Assembly (NCBI GenBank): GCA_043228905.1
Contig: JBHGNT010000007.1
Coordinates: forward strand, 12,028,001 to 12,092,000
Length of the DNA: 64,000 nucleotides
Source of the DNA: Azolla caroliniana
Lineage: Eukaryota; Plantae; Polypodiophyta
Direction of reading: 5' to 3'
In this document: positions 13,568-25,863 of the stretch, in pieces
How positions within the stretch are numbered: the stretch's first letter is position 1
How the letters are laid out: each line of letters opens with the position of its first letter
Translations under genes and position numbers: made by a program
Notes under the pieces: generated by a model
Told to the model about the DNA's origin: nothing
The model's input: the letters and a program-made list of their open reading frames with translations, nothing else
Databases searched by the model: none

Positions 13568-13784
13568 ACGCGTGGATTACAGTACACAACCACGCAACAA
13601 AGCCGCGAAGAAAGACGCAAGCCGAAGCACAACCTTCGCAACTATGCACAATGCAAGCTGGAGCATGGATTCCGTAAGTCCGCATAAAAGTGAGTTGACG
13701 CGAGTCGACGCGGACTCCGGAACACGATTCGACCCGGATTTTGGATATCGTCTGAAACCGACCTGACTTGAGCTTGAGGGGGCG

Positions 13785-14167
13785 TGTTGAGAATCAAGCT
13801 CAACTTGGTCTAGTGTGTGAACTCACCTTGAGAGTGAATAGACACTCCAACGGTCACCATTAAGTTACCAGTTTGTATTCTAGCATTTAGTATGAGTCAT
13901 AGAATCATATTCTATGACACATAACTTATGAGCTTTCACATTCCCCATGCTCCATGAGTCTTGTAGTTAATGAAGAGAGAGGGTGACTATATAAAGCACC
14001 CTCCTCCCACCTTGTATTACGTTGAGTCTTTCTCCCTTGTTAATACAATCTACCTTGCGTATTCTCTGTGTATTATTTCTTGTCTCTCTCACTCACTCTC
14101 TCTCCCTCATACACACACATAACTCACATCTCTTCCGCTTCACAAGAATCATACCCGATTCTTTACA
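13785..14167 (+). repeat. 3' LTR of copia C, also followed by a second PBS and leader
   Basis: Repeat of 10209-10598, followed by tggtattagagcgatttgg..., which matches 10599-10680. Confidence 0.93.
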
Positions 14168-14244
14168 TGGTATTAGAGCGATTTGGAAGCTCGATCTAGC
14201 CCATTCGCCTCATCATGATTGTGTGTTGTGCTCTACACCGACTA

Positions 14245-14290
<46 letters not shown>

Positions 14291-14575
14291 CGATAAGAAA
14301 AGATATATATTATGTGAAGAAAATGTACAGTAGCTAGGAGGCTTAAGACTGACGTTGAACCGATTTGGTTCGAAATAATGCCTTGTGCCTCCTTTTATAG
14401 TGTTCTAAGGAATTCTCCTGAAGTTTCTAGAATGTTCCAGAGAAATCTGGAATGTACATCAATTTTCTATAATAAAACATAAATGAAAATAATATTTTAC
14501 ATATTACAATGTATAGTCTAATGGTCAAGAGCTTGACCCATGTAGCATAAGGTCATGGGTTCGAGTCTTGCCATA

Positions 14576-15591
14576 TCATGACACTATCTCCCCTTTAAAA
14601 CGACGAGTGTAACGAGTCGTTTTGGATTGAGGACCCGGTTTGTCTGGATATTGATGATGGAAGTCTTCAAGAAGAGCACGAGCATTGGTGACATTATCTA
14701 TCAGTTCCCAAGTACGCTCACTGGGATTATATCCTAGCCAATCGACTAGATAGTAGAGCTTGTTGCAAACAAGCTTGGAATCAAGGATGGCGGCAACCTC
14801 GTACTCAGGTCCATCTTCAAGCTCGATCAGGGGTGGAGGCTGTGTAATACATCCTGGGATGGTGCTCTCTTGATAGGGTTCGAGAAGAGAACTATGAAAA
14901 CACCGGATGTATCCAAAGTTGTGGAGGTAGATCAAGACGAAAAGCGACATCATTAATCTTTCCTATAACACGGAAATGACCTAATTGTCGATAATCCAAC
15001 TTCTCGCATGGGCGAGTAGTCTTGATGTGTCGTCGGAGTAGCCATACCCGATCTCCAATGTTAAAACTAGATGGGAGTCGATGACGATCCGCATAAACCT
15101 TGTGTGTTTGTTGAGCTTGTTGGAGATGAGTAGATAAATGCGCTTGTATCTTGCGTAACCTCTCCAAACAATCCTCTGCGCAAGGATTTGTGGACACCTC
15201 TAGGGTTTCAAGTACACATCACCGGGGGTGACATCCCGTATAAGCATAAAATGGTGTAACTTTAGTGGATGCGTGGATAGAGTTGTTATAGGCAAATTCA
15301 GCGAAGTGGAGAATATCTGCCTAGTCATCCTGATGATAGCTGAGAAAGCACCGTAGATACTACTCCAGCGTTTGATTGGTTCGTTCAGCTTGGCCGTCGG
15401 TTTGTGGGTGGTAGTTGGAGGAGAGGTTACAAGTGACCTTAAGCATGTTAAAAAGGTGCTTCCAGAATTTTGACACGAACTGGGGTCCACAGTCGCTGAT
15501 GATACTATCGGGAAGTCCATGATGCCGACATACTTCATGCATGACAATTTCAGCAGTGTCTTCATTGGAGATCTCCTTAATACATGGCAAG
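14576..15591 (-). pseudogene. D1 integrase C-terminus and chromodomain
   Basis: [13 protein letters not shown] and EYEVAAILDSK...YYLVDWLGYNPSERTWE. Confidence 0.9.
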
Positions 15592-18500
15592 TGTTGAGAG
15601 ACAAGCTCAACATCGGCCGGATCGGCTGAAGAAGCCGAGGACCGGATCAGTTGGGACCGATCGGTTAGGCCGAGTGCGTAAACCGGGAGGTCGTTAGGAA
15701 AGATATTCCGTGAGGAATATATTTGGGAGTTAGTGTAGGGGCTCTTGATGAGCATTGAAGTACTGTCAGTACTTCGGTCAGTCCTTTTAGGACTTGTATA
15801 AAAGTGCTCACTGAGCACGTCTTATGTACACAGAGATTGAGTATTATTGTGAAATATAGTTTTTTGTGTTCTCTCTCTCTGTCTCTCCTGCGTATACCGT
15901 GTAAGCTCAAGCTCTCCATTAAACCTTTGTTTCCTTCCTCTGTTCTGTCTTAATACCTGCTTCAGCATGCTACTTTCTTCATGGTATTAGAGCGCAAGGG
16001 TTGAGAACCTCTCTGCAGCCGACACAGCTTGACGAAGAAGAACAAGAAGAACGATTGATACAGGCATGGCGAGCTCGCTTCCAACAGAGAAGCTCGACAG
16101 AACCAACTACGCGTCTTGGTCCTACAAGATGCACCAGTACCTGCTCGGGCATGGCTATTGGAGTTATGTCGAAGGAGCTAATGACACGGCACCCGAATCG
16201 ACACACAGAGACTTCCCGTCGTGGGAGCAATCAGCGAGCAGGGTACTATACTGCTTCGCGTCGTTTGTGGGCGAACAACTATTGAGCTATGTTCGGGATG
16301 CAAAGACGCCAAAGGGTGCGTGGGAAAATCTGAAGAAGATTTTCGCCGCAAGCAACACAGCCAGGAAGCTTCAGATCCGACAGGAGTTGAGCAACCTACG
16401 ACAACGCGACTTGTCGATGGCGGACTATACCTCGAAGATCAAGGATATCAGCGACTCCCTCGCCTCCATAGAGGTGAAGATCGAGGAGAGCGAGATGGTC
16501 CAGATCTGTCTCGGAGGTTTGGCGTCGAAGTTCGGAGTGTTCCGAACGGCTGTGTGTACCCGGGAGAATACGCCGTCCTTTTTCGACTTACAGTCGATGC
16601 TCCTGGTAGAGGAGAACCACGCGGGTGCGTCGACAAGCACGCACACCGACAACAAGATGTTGTACATGGAGGGAGAAAGGCCCCGTGGTCGTGGCGGACG
16701 AGGCGAGTCAGTACGCAATGGAAGCGGCCGACGAGATCAAGGAAGAAGGCACCGATGTGATGCCGACAGCAACTCTGGACCCTCCGGAAACAGGGGGAGT
16801 CGAAGCGATGAGAACCGGCAAGGGAAGGCCATCGCGGAGTGCTGGTACTGTGCCAAGAAAGGCCATAGGGAAAGCGAGTGCTGGAAGAAGTGCGCCGATT
16901 CGGAGAGAACTGGTTTCGGGAACGGCTCCAGACATACCGACAAGGGAAATCGGCAGCGATCGCACTACGCCAAAGACTCCGGGAGAGCCGGAGAAGGGAC
17001 TGCCTTCGTGACGAGACACAAAGCAAACTCAATGAAGCAAACCACCCCGAGATCGGACCAGGTGTGGTACGTAGACTCCGGCGCGTCAAACCACATGACG
17101 AGCCATAAGGAGTGGTTCTCGTACCTTGAAAAACCGATACAACCTAGAGTAGTCGCAACAGGAGACGACACTCCGCATCCGATCGTGAATGTCGGAGAAG
17201 TTCCCTTTAGCCATGTCGGGTAGAAAGGGAAACTCATGAACGTGTTGCACGTTCCGACAATCACAAAATACTTGGTCTCGATCGGACAGATCGTCGACCA
17301 AGGGATGGAGGTTCGGTTTACACACCTCGGGTGCTTCATTGAGGAAGAAGGCCGTGTGATTGCGCAAGGGCACAGAGACGGGAGGATGTTCATCCTCGAC
17401 TCCACTGACGGCGGCACCGCAATGTTCGCGAAGGGACAAAAGACCGAGTCGGACATCGACTTGTGGCACAAGTGGATAGGCCACGTCAACTACCAGCGGC
17501 TTCAAGATCTGCAAACGAAACAGGTAGTGTTCGGATTGCCCAAATTTAGTGGCCGAAAGGCACAAATTTGTGAAGCCTGCCAGCTCGGGAAGCAACACCG
17601 ACTTCCTTTCCCCAATGAGCGAAACCGGAGCCGGAACAAGCTCAACCTTATACACTCCGATGTGTGGGGACCGGCACAAAACGTTAGTCTTGGCGGGAGC
17701 CGATATTTCGTCTCCTTCATCGACGACCACACGCGGCACACGTGGATCTACCTCATTGAGAGGAAGAGCGAAGTCTTCGACTGTTTCCGGGACCTCAAGG
17801 AGTTCGTGGAAACCGAAACGGGATGAAAGATCAAGTGCCTGCAGTCGGATGGCGGGAAAGAGTACTTTTCCGGTCAATTCAACGGTTATCTACAACAAAT
17901 GGGAATTCGGCGCGAATTCAGTTGTAGATACACACTGGAGCAGAACGGCGTGGCCGAGAGAAAGAATCGGTCGATTGTGGAAGCGGCACGGGCAATGCTG
18001 GAGGAGAAGAGCTTGCCCAAGTTCTACTGGGCCGAGGCAGTAAGGACCGCGGTATACATCCAGAACCGGATTGGAGACAAAGTGTCAGCGCACGAGCTAT
18101 ATTTCGGAACGAAGCCGAACTTGCGACACTTGAAGGTGTTCGGTAGCATTGCATATGTGCATATACCGAAGGAGAAAAGGAGGAAGCTGGACGCAAAGGC
18201 CGAGAAATGCATCTTGGTCGGTTACTCGGACGAGCAGAAGGGTTATAAGTGCTATAACCCTTGCACCAAACAAGCGCGTGTCAGCCGCGACGTTGTGTTT
18301 GACGAGTCCGCGTCTTGGTACCTGCCCCCGACTACGAACCTTGACTCCAATCCGAGTTCTGACGATGAGGTCAACGAGGCCGAGATGCCTCCGGATGAGC
18401 CCGAAATCGAGACCCGCGAAGAGAGTCCGATTTCATTCCGGTTAAGTGGACTGATTGGACGATTGAGTCGGTACGACCAGTCCGATGAGGAGCCGACGAG

Positions 18501-20653
18501 TAGTGGAGACTCGGCCGTGCATTCCCCGCGCAGGAAGCCGAGGAGACGGCTTACGCGCAAAGAGAAAGGGAAGAAGAAGGTGTCGGATTCCGGCACGGAA
18601 AGGAACGAGTCAGACCGATGCGAGTCTGACTCCGAGGGAACCGGTGACAGGTCTTTAAAGATGAAGACTGCGTCGACCGAGAAGGCCTCGACATCGGCTA
18701 ATGTGAGATTATGCCGATCTACCCGCCAAAAGAACCCAGTTGTGCGGTTCGGTTACAACGAGTACATGGCACATCATTATGCGTACATGACCCGCGTAGC
18801 GGAAGTGTGTGAGCCGGAGAGCTATGCAGAAGCGGCTAAAGACGCGAATTGGCGTGCCGCGATGGAGGAAGAGATGCACGCATTGGCGGAGAACGAGACC
18901 TGGGACCCGGTTGACGCACCGAAGGGTGTGAAGCCGATCGGGTGTAGGTGGGTGTACAAGGTCAAGTACAACACCGATGGCTCGGTCAACCGGTACAAGG
19001 CTCGGCTAATGGCAAAGGGCTACGCGCAGAAACACGACATCGACTACAATGAGACGTTTGCGCCGGTCGCGAAAATGACGACCTCCGTGTTTTGCTGGCA
19101 GTAGCTGCGGCGAAGGGGTGGCACTTACATCAGATGGATGTAAAGAATGTGTTCCTGCAAGGTGACCTTGAGGAACAGGTGTACATGGTACAGCCCCCCG
19201 GATTTCACTCCGAAACGAACTCCTCGGCAGTATGCCGACTGAAGAAGTCCCTTTACGGACTGAAACAAGCCCCGCGTGCCTGGAACGCGAAGATCATGCA
19301 ACAACTGCGTCGGATGGGCTTCGTCACGTTAAAATCGGACTCTTCCCTGTTCATCTGGAAAGGTCGACTCGGACCGGTTAGTATTTTACTATATGTTGAT
19401 GACTTGGTCATCACCGGCGCCGACCTAGGTGAAATCGACCGTGTGAAGCTCCAGCTTGCGGCATCGTTCAACATGAAGGATCTGGGAGACCTTCATTACT
19501 TCCTCGGGATCGAAGTGATCCGTACCCCCGAAGGCATATTGATCAGCCAACGTCATTACGTGCTGAATATGCTCTTCAAACTCGGGATGGCCAACTGTAA
19601 GTCCATCTCGACTCCTCTGGACAAAACCGTCAAGCTTCGTCCCGATACAGGAAAGGTATGCGACCCGATGAGGTTCCGACAAATTGTCGGAAACCTCATA
19701 TACTTGACCATCACCCGACCTGACCTCAGTTATCCGGTCGGGGTGATCAATCAGTTCATGGCGCGACCAACCGAGGAGCACCTTCAGTGTGCGCAACGCA
19801 TACTTCGGTATGTCAACGGCACTAAGGACCGGGGACTGCTATATCGGACCGATGCAGCCGCGCAGCTAGTCGGCTACACCGATGCTGATTGGGTTGGCAA
19901 CGCCGCCGATAGCCGATCCACGTCTGGATACGCGTTCTCCCTCGGGAGTGCCGCGATCGCGTGGAGCAGTAAGAAGCAGCCGACAGTTTCCCTGTCGAGC
20001 ACCGAAGCTGAGTACCGAGGAGCGGCTGTCGCAACATGCGAAGCCATCTGGTTGAAGCGGCTCCTTAAGGATCTGCAAGTGGAGGTGTCAAATCCGACGA
20101 CGATCTACTGCGACAACCTCAGCAGCATCCAGCTCGCGAAGAACCCCGTCTTCCATGCACGGACCAAGCACATTGAGGTGCACTACCATTTCGTTTGTGA
20201 GCGTGTCCTTTCCGGTGAAGTCGAACTTCAGTATGTTCCAACGGATCGGCAGGCTGCCGACATCTTCACCAAGCCTCTTGGTCTGGACAAGTTGCGGCAA
20301 TTCTCAGGTGCACTCGGATTGCGTCACCTTGACGTGCCGAACTTGAGGGGGAGAACAGTCTCGAACGACCAAGCAAAGGAGCAGGAAAGGAGCGGACACC
20401 GCGACACCGAGTCGGTTGTCGAGTTCGACATCGGATCGGCTGAAGAAGCCGAGGGCGGACCCACGGAAAGGTTCGGAAGTAGACAGAAGGGGAGCAACCG
20501 AAGGAGAGAGCCGATGCCAACCACGCATGGGGAAGATAACGCCATCGAGGGCGAGAAGACCGAAGACGAGTTGGAGACAGCCAACTCGGACGAGAGCGAA
20601 AACCGATCGGAGGTAGCCGAGTCGGTTCGGATGTTTGATTCAGACACGTTGAA
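15592..20653 (+). mobile_element. Ty1/copia element E (related to C); 5' LTR present, 3' LTR absent
   Basis: LTR 15592-15981 (TG...CA), PBS tggtattagagc at 15982-15993, and a complete gag-pol. It ends abruptly at 20653. Confidence 0.92.
16066..20653 (+). pseudogene. Copia E gag-pol with stops at 17221 and 17824 and a frameshift near 19085
   Basis: CWYCAKKGHRESEC, WYVDSGASNHM, SFIDDHTR, LLYVDDLVI, GYTDADW and ADIFTKPL, followed by an acidic C-terminal extension. Confidence 0.93.
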
Positions 20654-21700
20654 TTCACTGGAGATCTCCTTAGTACATGGCAAGAAATGAGCCATCTTCG
20701 TGTATCGATTGACCACCGCTAGAATTGCATTGAACCCCTTAGAGACTGGAAGATCTGTGATGAAGTCTAGAGCAATGGATTGCCACGGGTTGCTTGGAAT
20801 TGGTAATGGTTCTAATAAACCATATGGATGATGCCTTGGCATTTTCGTTCTGCAGCATGTATCACAAGTCCGAACAAAATCCTTGACAAATTGTCACATA
20901 CAGGGCCACCAGAATGATCGTTGTACTAAATGCAATGTTTTAGTACTACCAAAATGCCCAGTTGTATATGTGTCATGACAGTTTTGTACTACTTGAAGGC
21001 GGCAAGAACCATTAGGAACATACAAAAGTTCTTTAAAGAAGAGTAATCCATCATGGTATTTGAATTGCCGATAGTCCGTACCTGGTGGTTGCGACTGTGA
21101 ACACGACGCTCGAGAGGGATCAATTTGTGCTAGTATAGCTTGGGCGAACGCATCAGTCTTTTAGTCTTCGCGTATGGTATCGATAACGCGGGAATCCATG
21201 GGCATGTCAAAGATCTGTGTTGCTTGTAGTCATGCCAGTCCCAAGATGACTTGTTTTTGGTTATCGAAAGTTGGCTCGCCGGGACGGGGTGCTAGATACG
21301 AACGCCGTGATAATGGATCTGCCTTCCCTTGGTGCTTCCCCGGACGATATGTAATTTTGAAGTCGAAATGCATGAGGAAGTGGGCCCACCGAGCTTGACG
21401 TCGATTTAACACACGAGCATCCTGAAAGTAGGCAAGGTTCTTGTGGTCACTAAATACGGTGATCGGATGAGAGGATCCCTGCAGAAAATGCCTCCATTGC
21501 ATAAAAGAATCCACTATTACCAATAGCTCCTTATCATGAATTTCGTAGTTGATTTCGGCAGCGTCAAACTTGCGTGAGTGAAAAGCCACAGGATGTAGCT
21601 TCTCATCATTCCCTTGTTGTGACAGAATGCTCCCCAATGCAAAATCTGATGCGTCAGCTTCGATAATGAATGGTTTTTCCGGATCGGCATGAGCTAGAAT
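20654..21700 (-). pseudogene. D1 RNaseH and integrase N-terminus
   Basis: [16 protein letters not shown] and PWQSIALDFITDLP. Confidence 0.9.
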
Positions 21701-22105
21701 TACCGATTTGGTTCAAAATAATGCCTTGTGCCTCCTTTTATAGTGTTCTAAGGAATACTCCTGAAGTTTCTAGAATGTTCCAGAGAAATATGGAATATAC
21801 ATCAATTTTCTATAATAAAATATAAATGAAAATAATATTCTACGTATTACAATGTATAGTCTAATGGTCAAGAGCTCGGCCCATGTAGCATAAGGTCATG
21901 GGTTCGAGTCTTGCCATATCATGACAGTGTTTGCCCTAACTCATATTTATACTTATATGAACTTAGGGCTATTTACAAATATAGCCTCATTAGGATTACT
22001 CAAAACATATTCACAGATATGTCTTCTCTTCTGGTTCTCACCGGGTCCTCTTCATTCAACACCGGATCCCATCTGGAGGGACCGATTACCCAAAAATCTC
22101 CCCCT

Positions 22106-25035
22106 TCACTTCGGCATGGGATGTCACGTTAGCCCGATCCGCTTTCGGCATGCATCCAGCTTGTCTGTTGTCAACACCTTGGTCAGCATATCTGACCCGT
22201 TCTCCTCCGTGTGGGTCTTCGTCAGCACGAACTCTTGATTTTCTACTCTTTCCCAGATCTAGTGGTACCTCCATTGGATATGTTTCGTCCGGGAATGGTA
22301 GGCCGCGTTCATTGCAAGGTGGATGACACTTTTGACTGTCGCAGTAGAGCCGATAATCCTCCTATTGGATCCCTAGCTCTCCAATGAAGTCCTTCATCCA
22401 GATTATCTCCTTGCCGGCTTCTACAGCTGCCATGTACACCGCCTCCATGGTTGACAACGCAACCATCTTCTGCAGCCTCAACTGCCACGAAACAACTCCC
22501 CATGCATAAGTCATGACATATCCAGATGTAGACCGGCTGGTATCCACATCAGTTGACATATCCGAATCGGTGAATCCGTCAAGTTGGGGATTACCGGAGC
22601 CGAACTGGAGGCACATACTCGAGGTGCCTTTTAGATACCGGAGTATCCACTTGACCGCCTTCCAGTGCCATTTTCCGGGATTGCTCATGAACCGGCTTAC
22701 CACTCCAACTGCATATCCAATATCCGGCCATGTACATACCATTGCTTACATCAAGCTTCTGACGGCAGAGGCATATGGTATCTTCATCATATTTGTCTTC
22801 TCTGCCTTTGTCTTTGTTCTTTGCTTTCCGGGCAACTTGCAATTTGTTGGAAGTGTCAATCCGACCAGTTTCGCCTCTGACATGTTGAACCTTTGAAGCA
22901 CCTTTGTCACGTTCTTCTCTTATGACAACCACAATAACTTCTTCAACCGGTCCCGGATGATGTGCATTCCCAATATGCATGTTGCCGGACCCAAGTCTTT
23001 CATTGAGAAGGTCCGGTTCAGAGCCTTCTTCAGCATCCGCATCTTGCCTTGGTCTCGTCCGATGATCAAGATATCATCCACATATAGGAGAAGTATCAAG
23101 ATGTCTCCTCCATCAAATTTCGTCACAAACACGCAGTGATCAACCTGTGTCTTGTGGTACCCTTGGTCGGTCATGAAGGAGTCGAACTTCTGGTACTATT
23201 GCCGGGGAGCTTGCTTTAGTCCGTAAAAGCTCTTCTTCAGCCGGCACACTAGGTGCTCCTTCCCTTTCTTCTCAAATCCTTCTGGTTGATGCATGTAGAT
23301 CTCTTCTTCGAGGTCACCATGTAGGAATTCCGTCTTGACGTCTAGTTGCTCTACCTCGAGGTCCAATACCGTCCGGATAGATGTCATCTTTACTACTGTG
23401 GCAAAGATCTCATCGAAATCCACTCCTTTCTTTTGCTGGAACCCCTTCACCACGATCCGGGCTTTGTATCTCAGTGGGTTTCCGGCATATCTTAGTTTCA
23501 GCTTGTACACCCACTTGTTCCGAAGTGCCCTCTTTTCTTTCGCCAACTCCGTCAGTTTATACGTGTGGTTCTCATGTAGGGAATCCATCTCATCCTGCAT
23601 GGCACTCAACCACTTTCGGTTGTGGGTGTCTCTCTTTGCTTCTTCGAAGCTTTCCGGCTCCCCCTCATCAGTTAGCAATACGTCCTCTACATCCGGAAAT
23701 CTCCAGGGGGCTCTTTTCTCTCGGAGAGGGTATCTCCGTCCTTGGTTTCTGACTACCGGTTCCTCCATATGTTCCAAATCCGAATCCGATTCGGGATCTT
23801 GTCCGATTCCAGTGTCTTCTTCTTCTTCTTCTTCGATCGGTTCGGTTTCTTGTCCGTATTGATCGAGTTGTCATCCAGTTCGATCGGTTCGGTTTCTTGG
23901 CCGGTTCATCGAGTGTCATCCGGTTACCGGCTAACATCCGGTTCTCAACCGGGTAAGTCCTTGTGTCCTCAAGCCGGTCTTCATTGGATGATCCGGAGTT
24001 CATCACCTTTGTCTCCGACTCCCAGTCGGCAATGGTCCTGCCTTCCATGAAGACTATGTCTCGGCTCCGGAACACCTTCTTGTCGACAAGTTCCTACACC
24101 TGGTAACTGAACTCATCATTGCCGTATCCAAGGAATATGCATGGCTGAGACTTCGGATCCAGCTTTGTTTTCTTGTCCTTCGCCACATGCATGTATGCAA
24201 GACACCCGAACACCTTCAGATGTTGGTAAGATACATGTCTAACGGTCAATACTTTATGAGGTGAGTCTCTTCCCAAGGGTACTCGGGGTGATCTGTTTAT
24301 CACGTAGGTCGTCGTCGTCAGCGCCTCAGCCCAAAACGTCTTGGGTAACTTGGCATGTGAGAGCATGCTCCGAAATTTCTCCATTATGGTCCGGTTCATC
24401 GGTTCAGCCAGCCCGTTGAATTCCAACGTCTTCGACATGGTGAATTCGAGTTAGATTTCCTTTGACCGGCATTACTCCTCGAACTGCCCCCGGTATTCTC
24501 CTCCATTGTCCGCTCGAACCGCCTTCAGCTTTCGACCGGTTTCTCTTTCCACTCTCGCGTGGAGTTCCTTGAAGATGGATAGCACCTGATCCTTCATCTT
24601 CAACGGTGAGATCAACAGCTTCTGACTATGGTCATCTATGAACATTACAAAGTACTGTGATCTGGCATGTGACTTCGTGTCCACTTGACACACATCGGTG
24701 TGCACCAGCTCCAATGGTGCATTCTATCTCATCAGTGGTTTTGATCGGAAGGAGGTTCGGTTTTGCTTGACGGGCAAGCAATCGACACTTCTCAAGTTGC
24801 ACGTCTTTGACCTCCGGAATGAGTTTATCCTCGGCAAGCCTTCTCATCCCCCTCTGGCTCACATGACACAACCTCTTGTGCCATAGCTCATCGGCAGTGT
24901 TAGATGCTACGTTCACTTCTTCTCGGTATATCTGGGCATTCATCAAGTACAGTGTGTTGCCTTCTGGGCTTGATCCACTATTAGGCGTCCGTTGCAGAAG
25001 TTCATGACTCCGTTTCGGATGCTACCCGTGTAACC
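22106..25035 (-). pseudogene. Copia F integrase-RT-RNaseH
   Basis: VRADNGGEY, LLYVDDILI and GFTDSD, spread over many broken ORFs. Confidence 0.9.
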
Positions 25036-25205
25036 TCATTCCAGTGAAGAACGTGCACTTGGAGAAGTGCACTGATTGTCTGGCCGGTAAGCAAAACCGG
25101 ACCTCTTTCCGACCAAGGCCACCGATGAGACGTAATGCACCATTGGAGTTGGTGCATACGGATGTGTGTCAAGGGGACATGAAGTCACATGTAGGATCGC
25201 AGTAC
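25032..25205 (+). pseudogene. Inverted fragment of copia GAG-pre-integrase/integrase start (B-like)
   Basis: NLIPVKNVHLEKCTDCLAGKQNRTSF...LELVHTDVCQ on the + strand inside minus-strand F. Confidence 0.85.
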
Positions 25206-25702
25206 TGTACGCTCCGTATGCACAACGCTCGGCCACAACCGAGCTTAGAGTCATACACAGAAAACGGGAAATAAAGCACGACACGAAGAAGAGAAAAAAA
25301 GTACGTAGGATGTTTACGTGGAAAACCCAAACTAAGGGAAAAACCACGGCAGCCCACAGGCTGCAAACTATTGCTATGTTAGAATGTACAATAGTGAGTT
25401 CACAGAGGCAACGACCTCGTGCTCACGATCCTCGCCACAAGCGGCGGTTACAACAGAGGCAACGACCTCTTTCTCTCTCTCTCTCTCTCTCTGTACACAG
25501 TTACGCGCTCTCTCTCTTTCCTTGCACCAACAAGAATGACAACAACTACAAAAGTTTGCCCTAAGTCATATTTATACTAATATGAATTTTTGGCTATTTA
25601 CAAATATAGCCTCTATGGACTCTCGGAAACATATTTACTTATATGTCTCCTCATCTGGTTCTCACCGGGTCTGCACCATCCGGAGGGACCTGTCTCCCAA
25701 CA
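25206..25702 (-). repeat. Copia solo LTR (A/B/F superfamily) without a TSD
   Basis: TG...CCCAACA ends. Shares ggccacaaccgag, tggaaaaccc and tttgccctaagtcatatttata blocks with the B and F LTRs. Flanks agtac and attcg differ. Confidence 0.85.
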
Positions 25703-25863
25703 ATTCGGTCTCTTTTCCCCGAACTGAATTGGCAACCAAAGATCTTTAACCACCAACATATCTCTCATCTTCGATTTCCACAGTGAGTAGTTGGAGCCGG
25801 TGAGCTTGAACATGCTGCCGAACGATTCTTCCATTTCCTGTGTTGGTTGCTCTGATATCAGAT

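Larger units (their letters stand above)
10209..14167 (+). mobile_element. Ty1/copia element C, deletion derivative lacking protease and integrase
   Basis: LTRs at 10209-10598 and 13785-14167. PBS TGGTATCAGAGC at 10599-10610. PPT ttgagggggcg precedes 13785. Confidence 0.92.
14249..21926 (-). mobile_element. Ty3/gypsy chromovirus D1 (Tf1/Sushi/Tcn1-like), heavily deleted and interrupted by E
   Basis: Partial LTRs at 14249-14583 and ~21702-21926, both ending ccatatcatgaca. Chromodomain, INT and RH remnants lie between them. Gag-PR-RT is deleted at ~21700. Confidence 0.9.

Noticed and set aside
14507-14580. Functional tRNA gene
   Set aside because: Acceptor and anticodon stems do not pair; only the A/B boxes and spacing are tRNA-like, so it is reported as a cassette.
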